This document shows, in pieces, positions 37,134 through 45,953 of a DNA stretch of 64,000 nt; position 1 is the first letter of the stretch, and each line of letters opens with the position of its first letter. The stretch is taken from positions 7,655 through 71,654 of IMG/VR virus record IMGVR_UViG_3300012995_000005; one strand, 5' to 3'. A program made the translations under genes and the position numbers. A model generated the notes under the pieces. It saw only the letters and a program-made list of their open reading frames with translations. It was not told the origin of the DNA and did not search any database. This stretch comes from a virus.

Positions 37134-37906
37134 TAATTCTCCTTAACGGCGGTAAAGACTTCAGTACGAGTGCGGTGAGGGACAACGGCGAGTGCGTGCA
37201 ATACGTCGACAGAGGCTGTCAATGTTGTCTGCACTGCAAAAATTCTGTCATCACCAATCGGCGCCGAAATATCAGTAAAAGAAACGTCACGGCTATCAGT
37301 CAAAGTCACATCCTGGACTACATCAGCCAACGCAATTACAGTTGGGGCCGCTAATGACCGGTGCCCAGCGAAGCGCAGCTGTACGCCTATAGCGTTAATC
37401 AACAGGGATAACGTTTCCTTCTCAGCCGCAAGTATTGTAACTGTGTACGTTAGCGAGGCGTTTGTGGTGTTGACCGCTGCGTAAGGCCGGCCATCCTTAT
37501 CCTCAATGATGTTAAATCTTCCGAATGAGTTGGAGAGATCTCGCTTGTTCTCTATAGGCATAAAAGCCGTATCGAACGAGCGTGAGACATTGATTACAGG
37601 CAGGGCTTGCTTATTCACCGCCGGCTTGCTTGGGGCCGCTTTCCAGTTGTCGGCCCTTCGTAGTGCTCGCAGGAATTCGACAATATCGTCAAATTTACCG
37701 AGAACCACCCGATCAGCTGGTGGGCTTTTTATGAACCGTTGAAAAGCCGCGTTTTCACGTGTAGGTGTGTTTATTTTGGCACCGTCAAACATACGGCTGA
37801 TTAGGGTTGATATAGCCTCATCAGCAGCTTGGAAGCCTGACACCTCATATTCGCCGGTTGGTTCCAAATCCAGCTCGTGAAAGCGAGAGATCAGCTCTTC
37901 CATCAT
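37133..37906 (-). CDS. Tail terminator (P1 gp24-like)
   Basis: VNKQALPVINVSRS motif; synteny 5-6-24-7-25-26. Confidence 0.75.
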   Translation of the reverse strand: MMEELISRFHELDLEPTGEYEVSGFQAADEAISTLISRMFDGAKINTPTRENAAFQRFIKSPPADRVVLGKFDDIVEFLRALRRADNWKAAPSKPAVNKQALPVINVSRSFDTAFMPIENKRDLSNSFGRFNIIEDKDGRPYAAVNTTNASLTYTVTILAAEKETLSLLINAIGVQLRFAGHRSLAAPTVIALADVVQDVTLTDSRDVSFTDISAPIGDDRIFAVQTTLTASVDVLHALAVVPHRTRTEVFTAVKEN

Positions 37907-38715
37907 TGGGCCACCTCCGGCGAACCATCAAAGCTGCGAGCGGGGATGCAGTAATACAAAGACCCCACAGCGGCTGTTCCATAGGTGAAGATACGATGGA
38001 CATACCACCAGCAACGTACTGTAGACCCTTCGGAGAGAGACTCATTCCACTCGAGAATAGATCCCACTGGCACAAAAGCGCGGGCCGCAGGGTGGGGATT
38101 GCCGTTTTCATCCTCACCGGAATCGATCATTTCCATTTGCGGTGCTATTCGGAGGAGTAGCACATCATCGACACCACCATCTTGCTCGCCATCGTTATCA
38201 ACTGCATTCAAACCGGCACGTTCGTCAGGGCAATCCAAAACGGACACTGCCACTGGATCGGCATAGCTGAGGGTTTTTTGGTTGTTGTTGAGTTCAGTAA
38301 AACTTGGCTCACACGGTTGCCCCTCATCGTCAACCTCAACAGCTTCCGCATCACTTGGGATGAACAAAAGAGCATCAAAGGCATATGGATCAGCTGCGAT
38401 AGCTCGTTGCCAGTCACGGCGAACCATATCGTTAAACGAGGTGTGGCCTGAATAGCGACTTTTTAAAGCCTGAGCCGGGCGGATAGAAATGCTATGGGGT
38501 ATAGTTGTGGCGGGAGTCGAATTAGCTCCTCCAGGAGCCTCTGCGCCCTCATTGCCTTCTATGGGTAATGAGATATTACTCATGTCGGTAAAAGCCTGCT
38601 GTGGCGGTTCTGCTGCGCGAGCAGGGGCGTCGAAAGCCGGACTTACCTCAATTGGTAGGTTTTCTGGTAATTCTTCATCATTTTCGGGTTCAAAAAACTC
38701 ATTAAAACGACTCAT
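37903..38715 (-). CDS. Tail stability protein (P1 gp7-like)
   Basis: LDCPDE and WYVHRIFTYGTAAVGSLYYCIPAR. Confidence 0.8.
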   Translation of the reverse strand: MSRFNEFFEPENDEELPENLPIEVSPAFDAPARAAEPPQQAFTDMSNISLPIEGNEGAEAPGGANSTPATTIPHSISIRPAQALKSRYSGHTSFNDMVRRDWQRAIAADPYAFDALLFIPSDAEAVEVDDEGQPCEPSFTELNNNQKTLSYADPVAVSVLDCPDERAGLNAVDNDGEQDGGVDDVLLLRIAPQMEMIDSGEDENGNPHPAARAFVPVGSILEWNESLSEGSTVRCWWYVHRIFTYGTAAVGSLYYCIPARSFDGSPEVAQ

Positions 38716-38718
38716 GGC

Positions 38719-39930
38719 TTATTTCCCCAGTGTGGTCTTGATATGGTGTTCAAAGGCTTTTGCTGCGTCCTCAGGTGACTTACCAGCCATAACCTGAGCG
38801 TCGATAAAGATCTGTCGCTGCATCTTCAGTAGGTCAGTCACTTGACGCTTGTAATCCTCCAGTTGCTCAGCACGCTGTCTGGCTTTTGCTTCAGCTGATT
38901 TTCTGCGAGCACGTTCTTGGGCTGTTACTTGTCGTGCGCGCGCCAACTTGGCCCTGGCGTTAGTGAGCGTGGCTTTGTCCTTCTCGGTTAATTTGCTTTG
39001 CAACGCATTGATGCGTTTTTGGTAACGTTGGTACTCGGTGCGGATAGCGGATTGATTAGTTTTCCCCTTCCTGTTGCGGTTGAGGTGCTTAATTTCGCTT
39101 TCGCTAAAGTATTCGTGGGTTTTCTTACGATCGTCACCAAAGTGATGGCCTTTTGAAGCCCGGAGCAGTGACTCGATAATCCGGGCCAGCCAGCCAGCGC
39201 CCTGCATGCGAGTGAAGGCGTGAATTATGTGCTTACAAGCCACGCCGCGCAGATTCGGGTTTTTTATCTTGGGAAAGACATACTCTTTAGGTGGGGCAAT
39301 TGTGAAGTTGCCAGCAGTAGCGATGTAGCGATACCAATACATGTAACGGCCGCAGTCGCAGTTGACGGAAGTTCGGCCTACCACCAGCTTCCTGACTAAG
39401 CGCATCAATGCCGCACGATCGTTTGTAACGTTTTCGAGCGCATCCTCCCACTCCTCAAATCTGAGTTGTACCAGGTGGCTGGAGTCTAATGACCGGTTGG
39501 ATGCTGTAACGCGGATCTGGGCGACATTGTGCTTCAGGCCAATGAATGAGGCTGATGAAATGCCAGAACCGTCGTCTACATTATTGTTGGCCCTTTTAAC
39601 GTCGATCGACTGCGAATGGGCGACCAACTGCGCGTATGTAATCCCTGGCTGAGTATTGGTGAACTTCTTCTTAGTGGCATCGCGGCTGGCCTCAAACCCC
39701 TTTAGGTCATCGAGGCTAAAAAAAGTACCGTCTCTCTTCTTGCCAAGAGCAATTACGTCTTCAAGATGCTTGTTTTTCAGCAATGATGGCGTGAGATGTT
39801 TGCTTCCACTTTTCCGCCGGCGTGCCTGCGCCCGTTCTCGTTGGATCTGGTCGAAAAGGCGGGTGAATTGCTTCGGCGATAAGCCGTCCGTGATGTATCG
39901 ACCATTGCTGTCTTTGTTGAACTCGGTCAC
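38719..39930 (-). CDS. Tail stability protein (P1 gp25-like) with a SWIM-type CxC...CKH motif
   Basis: GITYAQLVA, NCDCGRYMYWYRY, VACKH. Confidence 0.8.
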   Translation of the reverse strand: MTEFNKDSNGRYITDGLSPKQFTRLFDQIQRERAQARRRKSGSKHLTPSLLKNKHLEDVIALGKKRDGTFFSLDDLKGFEASRDATKKKFTNTQPGITYAQLVAHSQSIDVKRANNNVDDGSGISSASFIGLKHNVAQIRVTASNRSLDSSHLVQLRFEEWEDALENVTNDRAALMRLVRKLVVGRTSVNCDCGRYMYWYRYIATAGNFTIAPPKEYVFPKIKNPNLRGVACKHIIHAFTRMQGAGWLARIIESLLRASKGHHFGDDRKKTHEYFSESEIKHLNRNRKGKTNQSAIRTEYQRYQKRINALQSKLTEKDKATLTNARAKLARARQVTAQERARRKSAEAKARQRAEQLEDYKRQVTDLLKMQRQIFIDAQVMAGKSPEDAAKAFEHHIKTTLGK

Positions 39931-39949
39931 TGCAACCTCTTTTCACTAG

Positions 39950-40005
39950 TAATACTTATTAACTCACAGGTATGAATTATGAAATATTAATTATTAATTA
40001 TGCGA
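39950..40005 (+). repeat. Array of eight in-phase 7-bp units (TATGAAT-type heptads)
   Basis: TAATACT TATTAAC TCACAGG TATGAAT TATGAAA TATTAAT TATTAAT TATGCGA. Confidence 0.7.
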
Positions 40006-40329
40006 TGTGGGGAGTTCGCCTCTGTCGACGTAATGGCGAATTCGATCTCGTAGCCAGGCAATCGACGGAACAGCAAGCGTGGTTCCGACCGGGAGAGGAT
40101 CATATTCGGCTTCCGTGCCGGCCAGCAGTCTGACGCACCAACGAAGTTCATGAGTGCCCCAAATCCGGTGGGCTGAAAGGTCTGGCCGATATTCCTCATC
40201 GGGTTTAATGTCGTAGCGCTGTAAATCGATATCTTGACTGGTGGATTTGCGGATAACTTCGTTGTGAAGATACGCCCGGATAATAGGGTCTTCGATGCAT
40301 CGATCATCTAAACGGTTATAAGCGCTCAT
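39994..40329 (-). CDS. Baseplate protein (P1 gp26-like; LysM/gp53-like)
   Basis: IKPDEEYRPDL...LRW...LPVGTTL.VPSIAWLR. Confidence 0.8.
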   Translation of the reverse strand: MSAYNRLDDRCIEDPIIRAYLHNEVIRKSTSQDIDLQRYDIKPDEEYRPDLSAHRIWGTHELRWCVRLLAGTEAEYDPLPVGTTLAVPSIAWLRDRIRHYVDRGELPTSHN

Positions 40330-40976
40330 AAGAATACTGTGCCTTCATCGTCTGCCTTATCGCCGGCAAGGCTCGCTGTCGGCTCATGACTTTCAATCGC
40401 TGCTGTGGTGATCCACGCGGGGATTTGAGTGGCATCCTTTCTGTCAGGATAAAGTGCGCTCATCATGCGCTTGAAGTAGCCGGCACTTCCGACTGGTTGA
40501 TAGAACGTTCCATAACAACAGAGGATCGTTAGGATATGTTCGGGGCGAAGCTCTGCCCATGCGATGTTATAAACCGGCTCTCCGTTTGAGTTGTACGAAA
40601 CATCGATGATGGAAGGGGGGATATCGAAACGGCTTCCTCCGTCTTTGGGGGTAATGATGGCGTTAGTGCGCTTAAGCTCGTTATAGCGATCCAGGGCGAC
40701 AGAAATGACGGGATGCCCATTAGTATGCTTATCGCTGAGACGGACTCTATTAGCTCCTGTAGCCTTAGATACATCGCCAGAAACCTCATCAACAAGGGAT
40801 ACCATGCCCTTATTAACGTAGCCTAATAGAGCAGGGACAAGTTGGCTGTTGATATCACTAAGGTTTGGCGGATACTTGATAGCACTCCCCATTACCAGCA
40901 CATTATCCTTGTAAATTGCCCGGAGCATCTGAGCGTTTGGGCCGGAGAGGGTGGTGACACAGATCGGTAAAACCAT
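40326..40976 (-). CDS. Mat-like maturation control protein
   Basis: RVRL..NGHPV and W...EHILTILCC resemble a recalled P1 protein that follows ref; name moderately certain. Confidence 0.55.
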   Translation of the reverse strand: MVLPICVTTLSGPNAQMLRAIYKDNVLVMGSAIKYPPNLSDINSQLVPALLGYVNKGMVSLVDEVSGDVSKATGANRVRLSDKHTNGHPVISVALDRYNELKRTNAIITPKDGGSRFDIPPSIIDVSYNSNGEPVYNIAWAELRPEHILTILCCYGTFYQPVGSAGYFKRMMSALYPDRKDATQIPAWITTAAIESHEPTASLAGDKADDEGTVFL

Positions 40977-40996
40977 AATTCACCTTTAGCAGAAAG

Positions 40997-41105
40997 AAAA
41001 AAACCGCCCGTAGGCGGCTCATTTCTGCATGGGCATTCGGCTGTCGCGCTGAAATTGTGGTTTCGTGTCGAAAAGCAAAACCCCAAAACCGAACCGCCCG
41101 TAGCG
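40997..41105 (-). ncRNA. Structured leader RNA ending in an intrinsic terminator
   Basis: TTTACA(41135-41140)-17-TAATAT(41112-41117) promoter; nested stems; terminator GCCGCC-tacg-GGCGGT + U7 at 40997-41020. Confidence 0.5.
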
Positions 41106-41113
41106 ACTACCAT

Positions 41114-41130
41114 ATTAGTTTTACGCAACA
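41114..41130 (-). promoter_or_regulatory. C1-type operator TGTTGCGTAAAACTAAT within the promoter spacer
   Basis: Identical 17-mer at 50886-50902. Confidence 0.75.
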
Positions 41131-41144
41131 CTGATGTAAAGCTT

Positions 41145-41507
41145 TTATAGTATCAGCTGCCCTGATTCAATTTTGTTCACTAAGGACATTGCCAATTCCA
41201 GGAGAAACTCTTGTGTGTTATTCCGTCGTTCAAAGTCGGATTTACCACCAACACTTCCACAAGCATGCACCGGAATTAGCCAGGGGTAACGCAGGCGAAA
41301 ATCACGTGGCGCCGCATGCTGGTGGTGCCAAACACATAGAGGGAGTACCCGCATATGGGCGCCAGGCTTCACGCGGCCGTCAATGTGATGAAGACTAATC
41401 TCGTAAGATTTCTGTCCATGAAGTAAGCAGGCGATGCAAGGCAACTTTCCCATTCTATCCATAAACCGACGTTCTTCGGCGGTAGGATTTCGACCGTAAT
41501 TTTTCAA
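41145..41507 (-). CDS. ref: Ref-like RecA-dependent HNH nuclease (short form)
   Basis: PCIAC, SLHHIDGR, VLPLC.WHHQH. Confidence 0.85.
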   Translation of the reverse strand: MKNYGRNPTAEERRFMDRMGKLPCIACLLHGQKSYEISLHHIDGRVKPGAHMRVLPLCVWHHQHAAPRDFRLRYPWLIPVHACGSVGGKSDFERRNNTQEFLLELAMSLVNKIESGQLIL

Positions 41508-41574
41508 TTTATATTAAATAATTAGTTTATTAGATGGACGATAACCAGCGCAAGCCATCGCCCACCGTTGGTGC

Positions 41575-42327
41575 TTACTCGGTTAAAGCCGGGCTAGGCA
41601 GATCATTCGATTCGGCTGTATCAACACCAGCAGAAGCAGGGACATCAGCTGACGCGAGAGCCTCTTCAATTCTTGATGCTGCACTCTCAGGGCTGATACC
41701 AATAACGGCATACTCATCAAGTTCAGGAACATGAACAACGTCGTCACCCATATCAGTATTAGCTAACATCCATGCATAGATCTGGTCACTCATCCATTGA
41801 AGGGTTGGCATTTCCCCTTCAACATCAGAACGGAGAAGGTATGCTTTCCGGCCGATACCGGCGATTCGTAATGCAGCGAAACAGACAGCTGACAGCAATG
41901 AGGTGGACACTTCTGAAACAGGTTCCATAGAGCCAACCTTCAAACCTGTATTTGCCATGTCATTGGCGCCATAGGTTGTATTTAGTTCCACCCGCCACTG
42001 ACCAACCAGGTTGCCATTTTCAAAGATGATCGGCGTAACAACCAGGCCAAGAGAGCGAATTAAGCTCTGGCAAAATGCGTGGTTTTCAAAGGGATTTAGC
42101 TCAGGCATGTGTTCAAAAGCAGAGTAGTCTGGTTCAGCACCATCAATTTGCTTACGAATCCAGGCGCGCGAGCCGTCTTCAGCGACGAAAACGTTAGCAG
42201 GGCCTTGGCTGGCAACATGATCATGCTTCAGTCCCGCGATTAGCGCTAATGCGTTGCTGGCTTCGATTGGATCGATGCCGTTGTTGGTTAAAGTCAGAGA
42301 TAAATGCTCGCTCAATCGGTATTTCAT
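41575..42327 (-). CDS. Hypothetical phage protein (NinX-like central domain possible)
   Basis: 250 aa ORF coupled to the upstream gene. Confidence 0.55.
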   Translation of the reverse strand: MKYRLSEHLSLTLTNNGIDPIEASNALALIAGLKHDHVASQGPANVFVAEDGSRAWIRKQIDGAEPDYSAFEHMPELNPFENHAFCQSLIRSLGLVVTPIIFENGNLVGQWRVELNTTYGANDMANTGLKVGSMEPVSEVSTSLLSAVCFAALRIAGIGRKAYLLRSDVEGEMPTLQWMSDQIYAWMLANTDMGDDVVHVPELDEYAVIGISPESAASRIEEALASADVPASAGVDTAESNDLPSPALTE

Positions 42328-42656
42328 TGATATTCCTTATATAAATTGATTCTTGAGGAGGTTGGGCGCTGGTGGCGATCAGTGAAAGCGAGGGATATTG
42401 CCTCAATAGCACCTCCAAACTTCGCGTCACAATCAGCCATACCTCGAGCTGCAACGTCTTCAGTCGCTTGCTCGACGAATGAAATAGCGCGGCCGATGTT
42501 TGGCATAGCGTAATCCACAGCTATGTCTCGAATGGCGGGGTGATTAAGAATCTCCACGCCTAAGACTACAACGGGATTTCCTGCTTTTATGCCGGCAGCT
42601 AGCGATACCCGCCTACCGTTAAGAGCAAAAATCTTGCTAGCCTGGATTTGGGACAC
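42324..42656 (-). CDS. Hypothetical protein (c8 position in P1)
   Basis: GTG start after an AGGTG RBS, downstream of an operator. Confidence 0.6.
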   Translation of the reverse strand: MSQIQASKIFALNGRRVSLAAGIKAGNPVVVLGVEILNHPAIRDIAVDYAMPNIGRAISFVEQATEDVAARGMADCDAKFGGAIEAISLAFTDRHQRPTSSRINLYKEYQ

Positions 42657-42667
42657 AAAACATCACC

Positions 42668-42701
42668 TGTTAATCTAATGAATAATTAGTTTAACACAAC
42701 T
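42668..42701. promoter_or_regulatory. Bivalent C1-type operator upstream of the ref operon
   Basis: TGTTAATCTAAT-gaata-ATTAGTTTAACACAACT. Confidence 0.75.
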
Positions 42702-42812
42702 CGACGTAAATCAGATCCATCGGGGAGGTCACTTGTTATTCAATCGGCGTTGGCTCGTTAAGCAATACAGTGGGGCGTGCTAAGCGTTGTTCGTGATATG
42801 GTAATGCAATCC

Positions 42813-43847
42813 TTAGCCCTTTGTTTTAGCGCCGTATTCCATCAGATCCAGCATAGCGCCTTTTTGGGCTTCTATGTGGCGAATATACCCCATTAAGGTT
42901 TCTGTTTTCGTCCATGTTCCTTCCTGCATGATCTGAGGAACGCTGTAGCCGGCTGCGGCCATATCTTGCGCCGCACCAACTCGTGCACTATGCCCAGTCC
43001 AGCAGGCATATCTATCTTTGTTCGCATTAACATCGGCTTTGCCAAGCGATGCCCAAGCGTCAGAAAAAATCTTCTCAATCGCTGGCGCACTCAACGGTGT
43101 GGATGTGTTAACGATCGCTTTGTTGGTTCTGTGCGTTCGGCAAAATAGATAGGCATCGGGATGATCTGACAGACCCGCAGTCTTTATCCAGGCTGTTAGC
43201 CTTTCACTTGATAGTGCGCTGAGTGACTTGGTCACCGCTCCCGCCTTGAGGATGGTCTTCGTGTACGAGACATTTAGAATGATCCTGCCGTCGGGCGCCC
43301 TTTCAATGTCCCGAATACGAAGGCGGCCAATCTCACTCATACGCAGCAACGTGCTATATGCAACATGGAGAAATGCTAGGTTTCTGACGATCGCAACGCG
43401 GTCTGAGTCTACCCAAGCTGCATCTATCTCGAGCAGGTCATCACGGCGAAATGGGACTGCTTGACCTGTCCGCTCACCAGAAATTAGAGCTGAGCGGCGG
43501 GTTAGCTTCATGGCGCGTGCAATGGCCGGCGATGTGGTTGGGGAGACTACCTGTGCATGCCGGTGTAGCATCGAAATCAGTGAGACGTGGACTTCGATAG
43601 TGCCAACAGACAGGCCGTTATCTTCTAAATGTGAAATATAGTCCCTCAGATCCGCACTTTTCATAGGAAAAAAAGTCCGGCCTTCTTTCGCAGCCCAGGC
43701 AGCGACTATACGCATGACGCTTATTAACTGCGACCACGTATTCGTGGAAAATGCCCCTTTATCACGGACAAACTCGCGTAGCCGCTGTGAAATATCATCC
43801 TGGGCACCCACAGCCACCAACGAATTCAGATCTGTCACATTGTTCAT
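42813..43847 (-). CDS. cre: Cre/Dre-family tyrosine recombinase
   Basis: GERTGQAVP, LLRMSE (R), TKT (K), HSARVGAA (H-x-x-R), TW, GYIR (Y). Confidence 0.95.
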   Translation of the reverse strand: MNNVTDLNSLVAVGAQDDISQRLREFVRDKGAFSTNTWSQLISVMRIVAAWAAKEGRTFFPMKSADLRDYISHLEDNGLSVGTIEVHVSLISMLHRHAQVVSPTTSPAIARAMKLTRRSALISGERTGQAVPFRRDDLLEIDAAWVDSDRVAIVRNLAFLHVAYSTLLRMSEIGRLRIRDIERAPDGRIILNVSYTKTILKAGAVTKSLSALSSERLTAWIKTAGLSDHPDAYLFCRTHRTNKAIVNTSTPLSAPAIEKIFSDAWASLGKADVNANKDRYACWTGHSARVGAAQDMAAAGYSVPQIMQEGTWTKTETLMGYIRHIEAQKGAMLDLMEYGAKTKG

Positions 43848-44197
43848 AATTCTATAGCCCTTCGATTTACAGTTGGTTGCGCTACGTGAAAAATATTAAG
43901 TGAGCAAGGGGTTTCCTCGTCAGATTTTTTGTAGCGTCGTCAAAATATAGCTGCTTCAATTTCGCTCTGATATGCAAGTCTTTTAGGGCGCATGCATTCC
44001 GTCGCGCTCGGAACGTCTCTAATCCTGCCAGTGATTGGGACGTCACTTTTCGTCGATTCATGTCACGCTGATTGGAGTGTGCAAAATTCCGCCGCCGCAA
44101 TGGTGGGTGAAGAAAAGCGCCTAGGTCAGTGACACTGAAAAATTTTTCTAATCCGACGTCAAGACGATCGCCCTACGACCGATCCCCGCAAAGCATC

Positions 44198-44229
44198 TAA
44201 CTTTATATAAGTCCTATTATATAAAGTTA
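44198..44229. other. rox/lox-like recombination site
   Basis: TAACTTTATATAA-GTCCTA-TTATATAAAGTTA: perfect 13-bp inverted arms about 350 bp upstream of the recombinase. Confidence 0.9.
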
Positions 44230-44891
44230 ATGCGAGGGAGTACAGATCCGACTCAAATTTGCCGGATAAGGCATCTTTTGGGGGGTAAGCTCAATTTGAG
44301 TTATGGGTCGCTTATAACTCAGTCTAATTGTCAAAAACGCCAAATGATGACAAGGTTTTTAATGCGTAAAATTTCCGTTTTGATTCGTTATAATTTGTAA
44401 TGGACAGCGATCTAAAACCAGATAAAATAGCGCCGATGTGAAAAACTAACTGACTATTATTGTAAAGGGAGTTTCGTGAGTTCTTTAACCTCGCCAGACG
44501 ATGCGCAAATATTGCAGTCGGCTAAGCACAACTTTATTAGCAGTAGGTCTTCTTCTTTCATCGCGGAAATGATGTGCATATTGAGTGCTGAGTTTCCGAG
44601 CACTTGTGTGCAGGAGGCACATCGTAGGATCAAAGCCCTTACCAACATTCATAATGCGCATCCGAATAGTTTTAGTGATTAATTTTTAAAATTTATTTGG
44701 CATCTATGACCCCTTGCAGGGGTCGCTACGCCCACCAGTAACACCAACCCATCCGACCACTCCCGTAGCGTTTCCCGGCCCTCTATGGGGGTGTGTAGGT
44801 GCGGAATTCTCTTAAATCGTCACCTATCTCAACGATCCGACAAAAAACATTCTCAATTCACGTTGAAACGTATTAAAATAAAACGTGTGTC

Positions 44892-44920
44892 TGTTTATCT
44901 AATAGATAATTAGAATTTTT
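44892..44920. promoter_or_regulatory. C1-type operator upstream of the c1-like gene (autoregulation)
   Basis: TGTTTATCTAAT-agata-ATTAGAATTTTT. Confidence 0.65.
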
Positions 44921-44959
44921 AGATGTATCCAGAATGGATTGTGCAGCGTTAATTAACGT

Positions 44960-45928
44960 ATGGGAATGAATAATAGAATGAATACTGCCCTGTTCGATAC
45001 CGCGTTTAAAGCCTTTACGGAAGTACGGAGGGAGTGGATTCAGATTTTACAGCGCTATGCGGTGTACATTAACGACACCGGTGATGGTGTGCAACGGCCT
45101 GTGGCGGTGATCAACGATCCCGAGATAATGGCGCAGCTGCGTCATTTGCAGCTTGAATGGGAGCGCTTTTACCTCCTGGCTGAATCTCGCCGCCTTAAGA
45201 AGCTGTCGCCGCTCCCGGTTTCGTTGTATTCGCCGGTGCCGGTCATCGCAGGTAGCGGTGATCTGGCGGCTGTCATTGTCACCCAGGCGGCCAATACCAT
45301 GAAGTGGCATCGAGACAAGGTGATCATGTCGCTGGAGAAAAAGCTGGCTCAGCATGTCAAAATGCGCCGGCTGGTGGAGTCAGGCGCCTTGCCGCAGAAC
45401 GAACTGCCGCTAATTACTGCAAATATCGCTGTATTCGAGGCCGATCTAAAACGATTCAATGCCATGCCTGAAGGCACAATGCTGGTGCGCCGGCAAAGTG
45501 GGTACACTGACGTCATCGTGAAGATGAAGAATGAGGCCTCACAAGATGAAGTGTCCACCTTAAGCTCCATATTCGATGGCTTCGTGGAAACCGAGGTTAT
45601 ACGCGTTGGCGCCTATGGCTGCGTAATTGATGGCTCCAAGCTGAAGTATGAGCCAGTCATTGACGATAAAACCACCTTGGAGACTCGTCGCAACGTATAC
45701 GCTAGTATTACGCCAGTGCCCTGTGCGCTGATGAGTTCCAATGCTTCTCTATACCTGCTTGAAGACGTTAACCGTGCCAAAGCCGAGGCTAAGCAAGCCG
45801 TCTTGGAAGAACGGCGCAAGGCAAGCCGCCAGGTGATGAGGGCCGCACGCGGCCATGCTGATGATGGCGCCGACGAAAAGAAGCCATTGCGCGCGCGAAT
45901 TTCAAGCAAAGCTGTTCCGAAAAATTGA
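44960..45928 (+). CDS. c1: C1-like primary repressor
   Basis: DGVQRPVAV, LYSPVPVI and PEGTMLVRRQSGY echo recalled P1 C1; lies between lox and pacB, convergent on pacB as in P1. Confidence 0.65.
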   Translation: MGMNNRMNTALFDTAFKAFTEVRREWIQILQRYAVYINDTGDGVQRPVAVINDPEIMAQLRHLQLEWERFYLLAESRRLKKLSPLPVSLYSPVPVIAGSGDLAAVIVTQAANTMKWHRDKVIMSLEKKLAQHVKMRRLVESGALPQNELPLITANIAVFEADLKRFNAMPEGTMLVRRQSGYTDVIVKMKNEASQDEVSTLSSIFDGFVETEVIRVGAYGCVIDGSKLKYEPVIDDKTTLETRRNVYASITPVPCALMSSNASLYLLEDVNRAKAEAKQAVLEERRKASRQVMRAARGHADDGADEKKPLRARISSKAVPKN

Positions 45929-45953
45929 CGCCGCTTATCTGTGAGGAAGGAGG

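Noticed and set aside
44297-44321. TGAGTTAT-N9-ATAACTCA as a late promoter or second recombination site
   Set aside because: No -10 at the 4-nt spacing in either direction; arms are unlike the rox-type arms
44722-44770. 9-mer CCCGTAGCG shared with the 41000-41105 leader as an antisense pairing
   Set aside because: A 9-bp match is expected by chance in 64 kb
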